Below, piece after piece: positions 35,098 to 45,744 of a DNA stretch of 64,000 nucleotides. The stretch's first letter is position 1, and every line of letters starts with the position of its first letter. This stretch comes from Schizochytrium sp. TIO01 (lineage: Eukaryota > Protista > Bigyra: Labyrinthulomycetes), in assembly GCA_004764695.1 (NCBI GenBank), contig SMSO01000037.1, positions 720,747 through 784,746 of the forward strand, given 5' to 3'. Below the pieces are notes generated by a model that saw only the letters and a list, made by a program, of their open reading frames with translations, was not told where the DNA came from and made no database searches. Position numbers and translations under genes: made by a program.

Positions 35098-36330
35098 CTA
35101 GTTAGAATCTTTAACGGGCAATTCTTCACCAGTATTGGCATTAGAAACTGGAAACACTTCAATATTTCGCTCCTCTTCTACATTGTTATTAACTTTTGCA
35201 TGTTCCTCAACCGTAACGATGCTTCCTTTGTCTTCATTCTCTAATGCCAAAACAGAAACATCTGTTTGTTCGGGGTGTACAGATATAGAGCTTGGCGACA
35301 AGGACTTCCGAGCTAAGCTACTACTGAGATAACGCTGTTCTTGTTTATCTCCCTTGCTACGCTTGCTATAGTTACATACGTAGTGGGCTCGCGAGCTTCC
35401 TAACTTAAAAAGGAGGAAAGCCATTGGAATACCTTGATAAGGCCATGCAAATGGAAAACAAAATGTCCCGTATAAAAGACAAGCAACTACTGAGGTCTTG
35501 ATTTTTTCTTTTGCGTTTTGGCGCATGTGTTCTAAAAGAATTTCTGTTCGTGCGTTAGAAGCGTCGCTCTTATTTGCTGACGAGCGTTGATCAAGCAATG
35601 ATTTGGTAGCTTTTGTTGTCTGCTTTGCCAAAATCGCCATCCAAATTAAATAACATGTAATACTCAAGTTACGAAGAATCAGCAAATGCCGAACAACAGA
35701 TTCTCGCGGATCTGGAACCGGGTCTCCAATAACAAGACTGGAAAAAAATGCAGGCGCAGCACCAAGGCTGTAAAGAGTTACAGCAACATAAGCCTTGCGA
35801 AAAATGCTCTTTCGAAGTTTCTCTGCGTCAGATGGTTTAACTGATGTAACTCCTTGCATAAGCGTAATAAAACTGGACTCTTCAGCCATGATATTTCCCC
35901 AAAACTGTACAGAAGCTGCTAAGTAGAAGGTTATTGTTAAAAGAGGGTCATGTCCAATCACACGATATGGAGTGAGAGCCACCTTGAATGGAACTGAAAT
36001 ATACAAAATGGTTGGGGAGAATTGAGCGATCACAACAAGCAAAAGTGGCCTAAACTCCCACCACCGGAGCTTAGTTCCACGCTTTGCGGCTCTCTTTTTG
36101 AGCGTGGAAAAGTTACCCCATTGGTTTAGGAAAGCTTTGATGATTCGAACTTGAAGAATGCACATACCAACTAACGTCAGGCTCCAAAGGCTAACATTCA
36201 ATGGTTCAAATGCTGGACATGACCATCCATCATAATTTAAAATATCGGTTTTACCCGACCAAAATCGATCACAAACACAGACATTTTCTTCACAATGTCC
36301 ATGTTTTCCACAAAAAGATTCATCACACAT
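35098..36330 (-). CDS. EGF-like + 7TM GPCR-like membrane protein, paralog 4 (410 aa)
   Basis: CDESFCGKHGHCEENVCVCDRFWSG...YDGWSC, seven hydrophobic segments and FCFPFAWPYQG. Confidence 0.85.
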   Translation of the reverse strand: MCDESFCGKHGHCEENVCVCDRFWSGKTDILNYDGWSCPAFEPLNVSLWSLTLVGMCILQVRIIKAFLNQWGNFSTLKKRAAKRGTKLRWWEFRPLLLVVIAQFSPTILYISVPFKVALTPYRVIGHDPLLTITFYLAASVQFWGNIMAEESSFITLMQGVTSVKPSDAEKLRKSIFRKAYVAVTLYSLGAAPAFFSSLVIGDPVPDPRESVVRHLLILRNLSITCYLIWMAILAKQTTKATKSLLDQRSSANKSDASNARTEILLEHMRQNAKEKIKTSVVACLLYGTFCFPFAWPYQGIPMAFLLFKLGSSRAHYVCNYSKRSKGDKQEQRYLSSSLARKSLSPSSISVHPEQTDVSVLALENEDKGSIVTVEEHAKVNNNVEEERNIEVFPVSNANTGEELPVKDSN

Positions 36331-38353
36331 AATCTGTGACAGAAGGAAGCGGCCTCTATTCGATCTTGTGTTTCGTTCGAATGGTAAGCTGGAAAGCGAT
36401 TGTGCTCTTTAGTTCAGACTTTACTATTTGTTGTGTTAAGCCTTGAAGCGGCTCAGTTACACTCTATGTCTATTTTGTATTTAGACTCAAAGATTAAGTC
36501 ACCTAGTAATGTGCCTAGAGCTATGGATACGCAAATGACATTCCATAGTTCGGATTTTGCATGCTTCAGCTGTAGGCGAACGGAAGTCCTCCAACGCAGT
36601 TAAAAAAAAATAAAAATATTTATGTCTGTGTGGTCTCATTTTGGAAATCTTACAATAGCTAGAAAGTGGGGCGAAGAACATTTCTTTTAGGGCTGCACTG
36701 AACTCAACACTCATTAGATCCTCGTTTTGGTGTAGAATGATTACCAGCCTTGTATTTCTCTTTGGCTTGTCCGTTGCCGAACCAAAACTTGACTTGCAAT
36801 AGTGAAATAGCGTTTTGTCTCCATTTTTCTTGCCCTTCTAAACTAACATAGACAGAAATGACGGAGAATGCCTGAAACGGGTTCTGTGTGTTGAATGTTG
36901 GGGGGTGTTGACTTGGATATTCGTCAGAGAACCACATAATAAGGAGCTGTGCAATTATCTGGAGTACTCCCAATGGCTTTGTCATTCTTCCAATGCAGTC
37001 CAATTAGGATCAACACTAATTCATATAGTTTCTAAATTACCAATTAGGGCATTGTGCTGGAGTGGGAGATCATAGCCGCGAACTTAGCCGGATCCTTTAA
37101 AACTTTGGATAGGAAATCAAGTCGCTGGGAGGTTCGGCTGCAACATTCTAATTGAACAAATAGGGCACAGGAACAAGGCTGCCGGGCAAATTGAATGATG
37201 GATACTGTTCGAGGTTGTTTATTGATAGAGCACATATAAATTGTGTTTTCTGTGGATCACGAGGACAAGTGTCGGATATCCATGTACTTACCCTTGCTTT
37301 GCTATATTCGTGGAGGGGTCCAACTCGTTTCCCCAGTTTACACGGACAGAAACTCAAAAACAACGAATGGTACTTCTACGAATGATAGCAGAAATTGATT
37401 CACCACACATAGGTTCGACAGGGTTTCTCAGATCAAACATTTCGTGAATGAAAACACTTTTGAGTATTCCATAACGGATTTCTATAGATTCCTCGCTACG
37501 TTTCCTATCCCTCATTCCCTACTACTTCCCTTACTACTAATAGACCATCAGTGTAGCAAGGCAATGGGCTTCAACTTAGTGGAAATGCATGCAAGTATAG
37601 CTACATTTAATGCAACAACTGATAACCTTTGAATTACGTGACTTCACAATACTTTAGATTCTCTGAAACATTTTGAGAATATGAAAAATAAATCAGAAAC
37701 AAATTTGTAATTTTAAAAAATCATATCAAAAGACAAGACAATCTCATCATGGATACGCTGCTACCATGTGTGACATCGCTACTGATACGATTTGGTAGTT
37801 CGCCGCAGTTTGCAGAAGCTGGCCTCTTCATTTGCATATAAAGGAGACGAGAGTTTCTGATTTAGTTTTTTTTTTTTTAAATCATAGAAGGCAAAAGGAA
37901 ATTTGAAAAGAAAGTTGCCTAGTTCCACTCCGAGGTAGAATCAGGGAATACACACCTGTCCGTTAAATTATCTGTTCAAACAAAAATGTATTGAGAGACG
38001 CCAAAGGATATTTGGCATTATTGCAGAGAAAGAAAGAAAGCAAACAGCCACTAGTATGTATGCATACTGGAGTGAGTGGCCTACTAATCTATTGCACAAT
38101 ATATACTTGCAGTAGGGTGTGAGTTAGCATCAAGTTTTATCACTATATCTGTTCTAGTGGCATATTTTATGAATATTGGCAGCACGAATATAAATATATA
38201 TAGAGAGAGAAAGACCTAGCTTTGTTCTGCCAGGAAATCGAACAGCCTGTTTACTGACCAGTCTTGCTCCTTGAGGCATCTCTTTGCGGAACCAAACAAG
38301 CTCGCGTGGATGCTTTCTTGAGGTTGAATCGAGCAAGCGAGCACCAAATTACC

Positions 38354-41300
38354 ATGAGCCGACTTCTCCAAGAGTGGCTTGACCGAGATGTGCAGCTCAG
38401 TCGTTCAGTTGGTGGTTCTTCTCAAACTCTTGGTGCGGCATTTTCGAATGGCTATTTGCTAGGGGAGTTACTCTATCGACACAACCAGCAAGATGACTTT
38501 GACAAGTTTCACGACAGTGATCGAGTGCAAAAAAAGGTTGCTAACTTTATACGCCTCGAACGAACACTTTCGCGACTTAACATCAAGAACTTTGACGCTA
38601 GAGTCGCGCTGCGTATGATCAATGGTGATGATAAAACATGTTTTGATATTCTTTACAAAGTCAAAATGGCGCTTCAAAAGATTACGGTGACCGTCGGGCG
38701 TCATCGTGACGAGGGCCTAGTTCCCGGTAGTTTGGTTGCATTGACAAATCTGGCTCAGCAGACTAGAAAGCCAGCTTACGAAGAAGCAACATCTGATGTG
38801 TTTGCCAAGACTTTACGACAGCAGATAACCAGTCAAAATCAGATTGATATGGAGGAGCATTTGCAGCCGTTTTATGACGAACGTGCACGCCAAGACGCCT
38901 ATGTAGAATTCTGTAAGCGTGAAGACCAAGACATGCTTGCGATGTACTTCAGCGAGATTCGAAGACGCCGCATGATGGATAAGAAGGCAGAGCTCGAATA
39001 TCTGAATGATTGGAATGAAAAAGGTATTGGGATTTGGACGGAGAACCAGCGCCGGCGAAAATACATTAATGAGGTGCAAGCTCGATATGAAGAACGTGTT
39101 AGACTGGGACAAACTAGCCGAGCAGAGCTAGCTAGAGAAGAAAGCCGCGACTACACCTTTCGCGAAATCGCAGATATGGAGGAGCGAGTGGAAGCCCACC
39201 AACGTGATCTTGCTATTGTGAACGGCGGAGACATGAGCGGTGATACTAGCTCAGACAAAGTCTCTGGAGATGGCTGTCTTGTGGATCAACAAGGGTACAC
39301 AAATAATTGCTCAGAACCTAAAATTAAGCGCCGACGCCAAGAAACACAGGCAGAGAAAGAAACTCGTGATAGTCGTCGATCGCGATTTCTGGACCGTCTG
39401 GGCATTGAGAATGAGAATTTCCTTCACGACAAGCGCATTGAACTTCTACAAAATAGTATTCTTCGCAGATCGCATGCAGAAGAGCATCTCAAAGGTAGTT
39501 TACAAAAGCTGGAAAAATTCGAAACGGTCGTTCGAGACAATCGAAAGCATCGTGAAAAAATGGACAACGACCAAGAGGCCTTAGAAGAATCTAGATTCGA
39601 GGAGCGCAAGCTTGAATATGAATCTAACCTGGAAGCATCGGCCAAAAGCAACATTAAGTGGTTTTCAGCACAGTTGGAAGCTCTCAGGACGTCTGTACAT
39701 GCTGCCGCACATGCTGATGCGGTTCAGTTCTGTAAAGGTGTAGTGTTAGAACTCGTTGAGCTTTCACTATCTCAGATTGAACTTTCTCGGTACGAAGGAG
39801 TACCAACTAAACTAAACGAACGAAAGGTCGATGAGATTGTAAAATTTGTAGAAGGCTCTAAGGATGCAGCTGACTTGTATGACTACATCAATGACGAGCG
39901 TACTTGGGGGGGCATTCAACGGAATTCATGCTCAAGACTTATCGGCAATCTTCTCATCCCCTTGCGTACAGCTGCATTACCTCCGCCTCCTGTTCAACAA
40001 CCAGTTGTGCAACGGCGATTTCGTCTTCAACTTGCACTTGTGGGTCCACCCTATGCACATAAAACGACTATGGCTGTCCGGCTTGCTTCACGATATAGTT
40101 TACGAATCCTGCAGCCTGAAGCATTCTTGAGGTCTTATATCAATAAAGCTGAGAAGCTGGAAAACGGTGAGCCATTTACGGATGAGGACTACGTCGAAGC
40201 GTGTGCACAGGCAATTTTAAAGCTTGAAAAGGAAGTTGCTTTAGAATGCGCATTAAGTGAGGAAAGTGCTTCAGATGGATTCACAAACAATAGTGTCAGC
40301 TCATCAAGCAGTGCCCATGTATCGTTTATTTCTTCCGAAGATCGAGTCCGTCAACTCTTCGACCGATGGGATCTTGACAAATCAGGTGATCTCGATGCAC
40401 AGGAGCTGCTTAAAGCAACAATGCAAGCCCACTGCGAAGGTAAGTCCCAAGCCGACATCGAAGCTGAGGCTCTCGAAGCATTTGCACAAATGGATTTCAA
40501 TATGGATGGTAGCATCAGCTGGGAAGAATTTCAACAGTACTTTGCAAGCGTCTTTGGAGAACACACCCAACAAGTAGTTTTAAATTTGCTTCACCAATCG
40601 AATCAAGCCTCCAGAGAATGTCAAGGCTGGATTCTTGATGGATTTCCGTTCAACAAGAACCAAGCATATCTTCTTGAGGCTAGACTCTCTGGGAAGAATG
40701 CAGATGCACTAGAATACCAACCACCACCAGCTTTATCACTACCTTGCGATTCGCCAAGACCATTAGATAAAGCTCAATTCCAGGGAGCTAATGCGGGTGG
40801 GCTCGACCAAGTATTTTATTTAGCAAGCTCCTTGGAATCTACTTTCTACAAAGCCGCCCATGCTTCAACAAACCCACTCGAGCGCTTCCGAGTCGTGCCA
40901 AAAATCTATGTTACTGAACGTGACATCAAGGATGTGCAGCAATGGTATGACTGTTTTCAGATTTTCCAGACGATCAACACAAGTAACATTGACCCTGACT
41001 CTATTTTTGTGGCGCTTACGCATCATGTTGAAAGAACTCTCACACAAAAGCTCTCAATTGAAGCTGACGAAAAGGCAAAAGCTGATCACTTGGTCCACCT
41101 TGCTAAGTGTAGACGTATTTGCGATGACTGGCTTTCGGCTGTTTCACATCGACGACAAGAGATCTCGTCAGATACAGAGGGGTTTGGAGATGCTGGAAGA
41201 CCATTAGATAGTGACAATGGGGAGGCACCTCTTCCGAGAATTATTGATGTACCTCCATTAGATTTACACTCTCTTAAGGCCGCCAAGGTGTTACCTGATC

Positions 41301-42985
41301 ATGTGATGGAAGAAAACGTTGATCTATCCAATCCAGAGACTTTCATTGGCCTGCTCAGCATGAAAGTTGATGCATGCCTTGCTCAAGCCACAGCCTACAG
41401 AGAGACTAATTCTGCCCGTGCAAGAGGTATTGTTGAGTCCTATGCAAGCGCTTTGGCTTCAGAGGGTGTGGAGTGGGACTCTGTACAGCTATATGAACAA
41501 TTTAAAATCGCACTACCTGGAGATGGTGAAGCCCCAGAGGATTTGGATGGCACAGAACAGTATCAAAAGGCAGCACTCGAAACTGAGCTTCAAGACAACG
41601 ATGCAAAAGCGGATGAGGTTGAAGCGGAATCACTTGCAGCTGGCGCAGCAGCGAAAGCAAAGAGGCTTAACATGGAAAAGGCAGTTGTAAATCTACTTTG
41701 GCATGCCCAAAGGTACCAAAAACAGCAAGACTCAATTCAACAAGTATCCAAGGATGATCTTAGTAATGTTGGGGAGGAAACTGAAGGAAATTCCCAAGGG
41801 GAAAAGCAAGTTGATAAAGTTACCCATTTGGATCCTTTGACAATAGTTCTTAATCATCTTCAAGCTCACACTGATGAGCGCATTACGGCACATCGTACTG
41901 TTCTTCTTGAGCAGGCGAAGAAATCCAAACCCAAGGGAAAAGACACTCCAGTTAAGCAGACAACTCAACAAGATGAAACGACTACATCTCCACCCGTGGT
42001 ATCTCAGCTGAAGCTTAACGAGATAAATCAAGCTCTTGCCTCAAAACTAATCGCAGGAATTGACACTTCTGATACCAAATTTGCATCAGGTGCTCGAGAG
42101 CTTTTCGCAGAACTTAGAGAGATTAGAAACTACTGGGTAGAGTATTTCACTTTCGAACGGTCCTCACTTGACAAAAAGCTTCGAGATGTAGCTAGTGAAG
42201 AAGAACGATCCGAACTCGTTCAAAGTTTCAAAACGAATCTAAATTCTCTTGCAGAAGATGCGCGATATGATCCACAAACCAAAGCAGAACTCCATGTGAG
42301 AATTGAGGACCTTGTTCAAAAGCTGTGGCTCCAGTCAGAAACTCGCAAAACAGAACTTCTGGGTTCCATTGAGGCACTAGAAGAAAGTCAATGCGTGCCG
42401 ACTTTTATGGCTCTTGTTGAGGATGCGTTTCTTCAAATTTTACAAATTGAAGCTGTCCGATTTCAAGAAATGCATTATTATATCATCCAGACTGATCGTG
42501 TTCTTAAAGGCGAGGATGTCGGCGATGAACTATCTGGTCCTAGTCTTGTATGTATTTCCTCCATATTTCGTGGCATAGCTGATGAGCCTCCTAAGGGTAA
42601 GAATGCTGTACCAGAACCACGTATACCAAAGGCATTTAATGATGCACGACTCATTCTGCCTGCTCCTGAGGCATCAACTGGTGGCGGAGATCCACCTCAA
42701 GAAGCAGAATCAAATGAGTTGTCTGAGGCAATTATCCAGTTGCGACTTCGCTTCCATGAGAATGTGGACCGCTTGGAAAGGCAGCTGAATGAAAGTCTTT
42801 ATAAATTGGAGCTAATCGCAAAAGAGCAGCGCGAAGGTCATCGAATGCGCATAAATGAGCGCTTTGATGCTGAACAAGTTGCAGTCGAAGCAATGGTACT
42901 ATACATCTCAACTCAAGTTGAAAATTCTGACATCTTAGCAGATTCGATGACTCTGGAAGGCGTCTGCTTTTCAGCCCCTAAATAG
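38354..42985 (+). CDS. SPEF2: Sperm flagellar protein 2 / CPC1-like central-pair protein (CH domain, coiled coil, adenylate-kinase-like domain, EF-hands)
   Basis: MSRLLQEWL...AFSNGYLLGELL..HNQQDDF..F...NFIRLERTL matches the SPEF2 N-terminal CH domain. Degenerate P-loop GPPYAHKTT, GWILDGFP, TKAELHVRIEDLVQKLW and two EF-hand loops. First ATG is at 38354. Confidence 0.85.
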   Translation: MSRLLQEWLDRDVQLSRSVGGSSQTLGAAFSNGYLLGELLYRHNQQDDFDKFHDSDRVQKKVANFIRLERTLSRLNIKNFDARVALRMINGDDKTCFDILYKVKMALQKITVTVGRHRDEGLVPGSLVALTNLAQQTRKPAYEEATSDVFAKTLRQQITSQNQIDMEEHLQPFYDERARQDAYVEFCKREDQDMLAMYFSEIRRRRMMDKKAELEYLNDWNEKGIGIWTENQRRRKYINEVQARYEERVRLGQTSRAELAREESRDYTFREIADMEERVEAHQRDLAIVNGGDMSGDTSSDKVSGDGCLVDQQGYTNNCSEPKIKRRRQETQAEKETRDSRRSRFLDRLGIENENFLHDKRIELLQNSILRRSHAEEHLKGSLQKLEKFETVVRDNRKHREKMDNDQEALEESRFEERKLEYESNLEASAKSNIKWFSAQLEALRTSVHAAAHADAVQFCKGVVLELVELSLSQIELSRYEGVPTKLNERKVDEIVKFVEGSKDAADLYDYINDERTWGGIQRNSCSRLIGNLLIPLRTAALPPPPVQQPVVQRRFRLQLALVGPPYAHKTTMAVRLASRYSLRILQPEAFLRSYINKAEKLENGEPFTDEDYVEACAQAILKLEKEVALECALSEESASDGFTNNSVSSSSSAHVSFISSEDRVRQLFDRWDLDKSGDLDAQELLKATMQAHCEGKSQADIEAEALEAFAQMDFNMDGSISWEEFQQYFASVFGEHTQQVVLNLLHQSNQASRECQGWILDGFPFNKNQAYLLEARLSGKNADALEYQPPPALSLPCDSPRPLDKAQFQGANAGGLDQVFYLASSLESTFYKAAHASTNPLERFRVVPKIYVTERDIKDVQQWYDCFQIFQTINTSNIDPDSIFVALTHHVERTLTQKLSIEADEKAKADHLVHLAKCRRICDDWLSAVSHRRQEISSDTEGFGDAGRPLDSDNGEAPLPRIIDVPPLDLHSLKAAKVLPDHVMEENVDLSNPETFIGLLSMKVDACLAQATAYRETNSARARGIVESYASALASEGVEWDSVQLYEQFKIALPGDGEAPEDLDGTEQYQKAALETELQDNDAKADEVEAESLAAGAAAKAKRLNMEKAVVNLLWHAQRYQKQQDSIQQVSKDDLSNVGEETEGNSQGEKQVDKVTHLDPLTIVLNHLQAHTDERITAHRTVLLEQAKKSKPKGKDTPVKQTTQQDETTTSPPVVSQLKLNEINQALASKLIAGIDTSDTKFASGARELFAELREIRNYWVEYFTFERSSLDKKLRDVASEEERSELVQSFKTNLNSLAEDARYDPQTKAELHVRIEDLVQKLWLQSETRKTELLGSIEALEESQCVPTFMALVEDAFLQILQIEAVRFQEMHYYIIQTDRVLKGEDVGDELSGPSLVCISSIFRGIADEPPKGKNAVPEPRIPKAFNDARLILPAPEASTGGGDPPQEAESNELSEAIIQLRLRFHENVDRLERQLNESLYKLELIAKEQREGHRMRINERFDAEQVAVEAMVLYISTQVENSDILADSMTLEGVCFSAPK

Positions 42986-43261
42986 TAAATCAACATAACA
43001 TAAACATAGTTGAAGGTGTGTTAATTATGATCAGTCTGTATATAAATATGTGAATACATGAAGACGCTACCATGGGTTCTATAGTGATGTTGCTATGGTC
43101 AGTGTTTACTTCATAAATTCACAATGCAAAATTAAGTTAGGTGAAGAGGAAGGGGCCTTTCAAATTTGTAGAAAAGGTGTTAAAATCAAACATCAAGAAC
43201 GCGTAAACAAACTTAGAATGTGAGGGTATTGAATTCGATCTAGAGCTCTCAGAGATACGTC

Positions 43262-44653
43262 TTATATACCATCAACTGATGTAGCTAAAATGTGAGCTCT
43301 AATACAATTAAATCCTTCTTGCGAAAAATGAAGTGTTTCAGATTCAGCTGAAATAAATGCACGATGCCCTAGCATGCCAAGTGCATCACAAGTCGCCATT
43401 ATATCAGCCCCTTGTTTTGTATGAGCATCCTTGATTGCCTTTGCATAGGCTAAGTCAATATCTGCGTAACGCAGCCGTCCACTTCGAACGAGTTCACCAA
43501 CCCCACAATCGCGGCACATTTTGGCAAACCGAGCATTGGTGAGACACATTAAGCTACCCCGTTGCACAGCATATGTCTCAAACAGTGATCTGAACGCATT
43601 TTCTTGATCTCTTTGGGTCAATACTCGGTTTACCATCTCCTGAGTTTGATTTTGTCGGTGATGTGTTGGAGAGCATACTGACGAAAATATCCCAGCGCTG
43701 CGGTCAATTTTGGTCTCTAATAGGAAATCTCTTAATGAAAGTTGTGACTCAGTAGCCAATAAAGCAATAGCCTGTGAAAAGTTGTCTAAATTCAACCCGA
43801 GATGGCCCCCATAAATACGTGCGTAGTGTCGGAAAGCTCGAGTTGCCATGCGTAAATCCCACGCGTGCTCCCCTGCTATCTTCGACCATCCCGGCTGGTC
43901 TAGAATATGCGTACGTCCATCTGCAGCGCGATAGAAGCTGACCTCAAGCATTGTGCGATGTGCACTGGGTGCAGTACTATGGTACTGTGGAGCTCGGCCG
44001 CTTGACGCTATACTTCGTGTGGAAGACCTTTGCAGGTGAAGCAGCATATTTGGTTGACACGTGTTCTCAGAGGAAAAAGCAAAACTCTGAGCGTTGGAAT
44101 TTGGGTTGGATTTGTGCGATAGAGCTTCGTCGTCATCATCATCACTGCTGTTATCAGATGCATTGCAGTTCTCTAAATTGTCTATAGTGTTAGATTCAAA
44201 AGTTGCGACTTGCAGTTGCTTGTGGTCATTAGGAAACTCTGCAGCTGAAAGGTCTATACCCTCAGAACCCATGTCGACCTCATCTTTCTCAAGCTCATTT
44301 TGGTCTGAGCAAATTGATTCATTAAGGGTAATTTTTTCTGAGCAAAGCCTTTCGGATGAGGATAATGCCACTAACCTACAGTTGAGGCTTTCAATAATTT
44401 CTTCATGTCGATTCAATTCGTCGTTTAAAAGAAGGTCTTTATGGTTGTCCTTCCAGCGCTGGAAAGATCGATGTAGTGAGAGTAAGCGAGAAGATCTATT
44501 TGCCATAGAGATGGTTTGTGCTATAAATAAGTACCCTGCTGTTTTCATTGGTATGGAATTAGCTTGTTCTCGCCGACTCCGCGTGTTGGCGCTGCCTTGA
44601 TTTGGAGCATCATCTGGTCCAAACTTCGTCGTTTCAAGTCTTGTTCGCCGCAT
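43262..44653 (-). CDS. Protein with a C-terminal p25-alpha/TPPP-like (tubulin polymerization promoting) domain
   Basis: LFETYA...LTNARFAKMCRDCGV...LRYADIDLAYAKA resembles the p25-alpha core MDxxxFAKLCKDC...DVDLIFAKVK. The N-terminus has coiled-coil and acidic regions. The start is uncertain (first ATG 44653). Confidence 0.65.
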   Translation of the reverse strand: MRRTRLETTKFGPDDAPNQGSANTRSRREQANSIPMKTAGYLFIAQTISMANRSSRLLSLHRSFQRWKDNHKDLLLNDELNRHEEIIESLNCRLVALSSSERLCSEKITLNESICSDQNELEKDEVDMGSEGIDLSAAEFPNDHKQLQVATFESNTIDNLENCNASDNSSDDDDDEALSHKSNPNSNAQSFAFSSENTCQPNMLLHLQRSSTRSIASSGRAPQYHSTAPSAHRTMLEVSFYRAADGRTHILDQPGWSKIAGEHAWDLRMATRAFRHYARIYGGHLGLNLDNFSQAIALLATESQLSLRDFLLETKIDRSAGIFSSVCSPTHHRQNQTQEMVNRVLTQRDQENAFRSLFETYAVQRGSLMCLTNARFAKMCRDCGVGELVRSGRLRYADIDLAYAKAIKDAHTKQGADIMATCDALGMLGHRAFISAESETLHFSQEGFNCIRAHILATSVDGI

Positions 44654-45744
44654 CGCAAAATACACTATCAGAGCAAACGCCTTCTTCTGCTGCTTCTAAT
44701 TGAGAGCGCTACGATTTGCAGCAGGTACTCCAGCTTACCAGTCTTTTTCGGATTTACTCACAAGCCTGCTGCCACTAGGCTTTTCACTGGGCTTTTGTGC
44801 ATGCGAGTTGACACCGACTCACCTACAGACTCGTGTCATGCGAGCTCCTCGGGGTAGCGCAGCCTACTCTACACATCGATATTCTGCAAGTCTTTCCCGG
44901 CGGTGACTGCCAATTCCCTAGGTTGTCAGGTAGGAGTCACAACCCACCTTCATCGCTAAAACTATGCGCGAATTAAAAACAATTGAATCTATACCTGACC
45001 ACATATAAATTTTGATTCCAACGGATATCTTCTAGTTATGGTCATATTTGAGCTTTTATCAGATCCTTTTCATAATTATTATCAGATAGTGATAGTCTAA
45101 TGCTAGTTACCATGCGAGACAAATCCTAGCGATGCAAATGCCCTCATACTAGTTGGAAACATTCGAAAATTGACTTATTTGCCTCTTCGCAATTGTCCTG
45201 GCAAATAATAAAATAGCACGTTGAAAGCTAGTCTGTATAAACGATAACTAATTGAATTGAGGTGCAGGTGCTTGAAAGACTTCTCAACTAAATTTAAGGT
45301 ATGAAGCTGCCAATCAGTAGCTACACATATAATCCGACTCCTTTTGTTTTTTACTTCACTACCAAACAAGTATCGTCAGACTATGAAAAGGGCGTACCTT
45401 GCAACATTCTCAACATCCTCTGGGCAACACAAAGACCAACAGGGAAATGCGCAACAGATTAAAGTGTCCTTTTGTGAAATGAAGTGCTTTTATTATGACA
45501 GTATATGATATTTTAATTTTTTTTTATACAATAATACTAATAGTATTATTGAAAAAAAAAAAAAGAAACCAGTCGTTCAGATTGGACAGGAAAAACTGGT
45601 CTTCGACAAGGAAAGAAGCAATCATTCATGAACGCAAGCAATGCTTCTGCACCCAATGCATTGAAATATATTTTAGTTGCCGGAAGAATATATACAGTTT
45701 ACGTGCTGCTATAGGCTGTTTCTTCTTTGAGGATCAGGGAAACT

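Noticed and set aside
27561-36330. Classification as adhesion GPCRs (EGF-TM7) or microbial rhodopsins
   Set aside because: No signal peptide, GAIN/GPS motif or long ectodomain, and no microbial rhodopsin helix C (RYxDW) or helix G (DxxxK) motifs.
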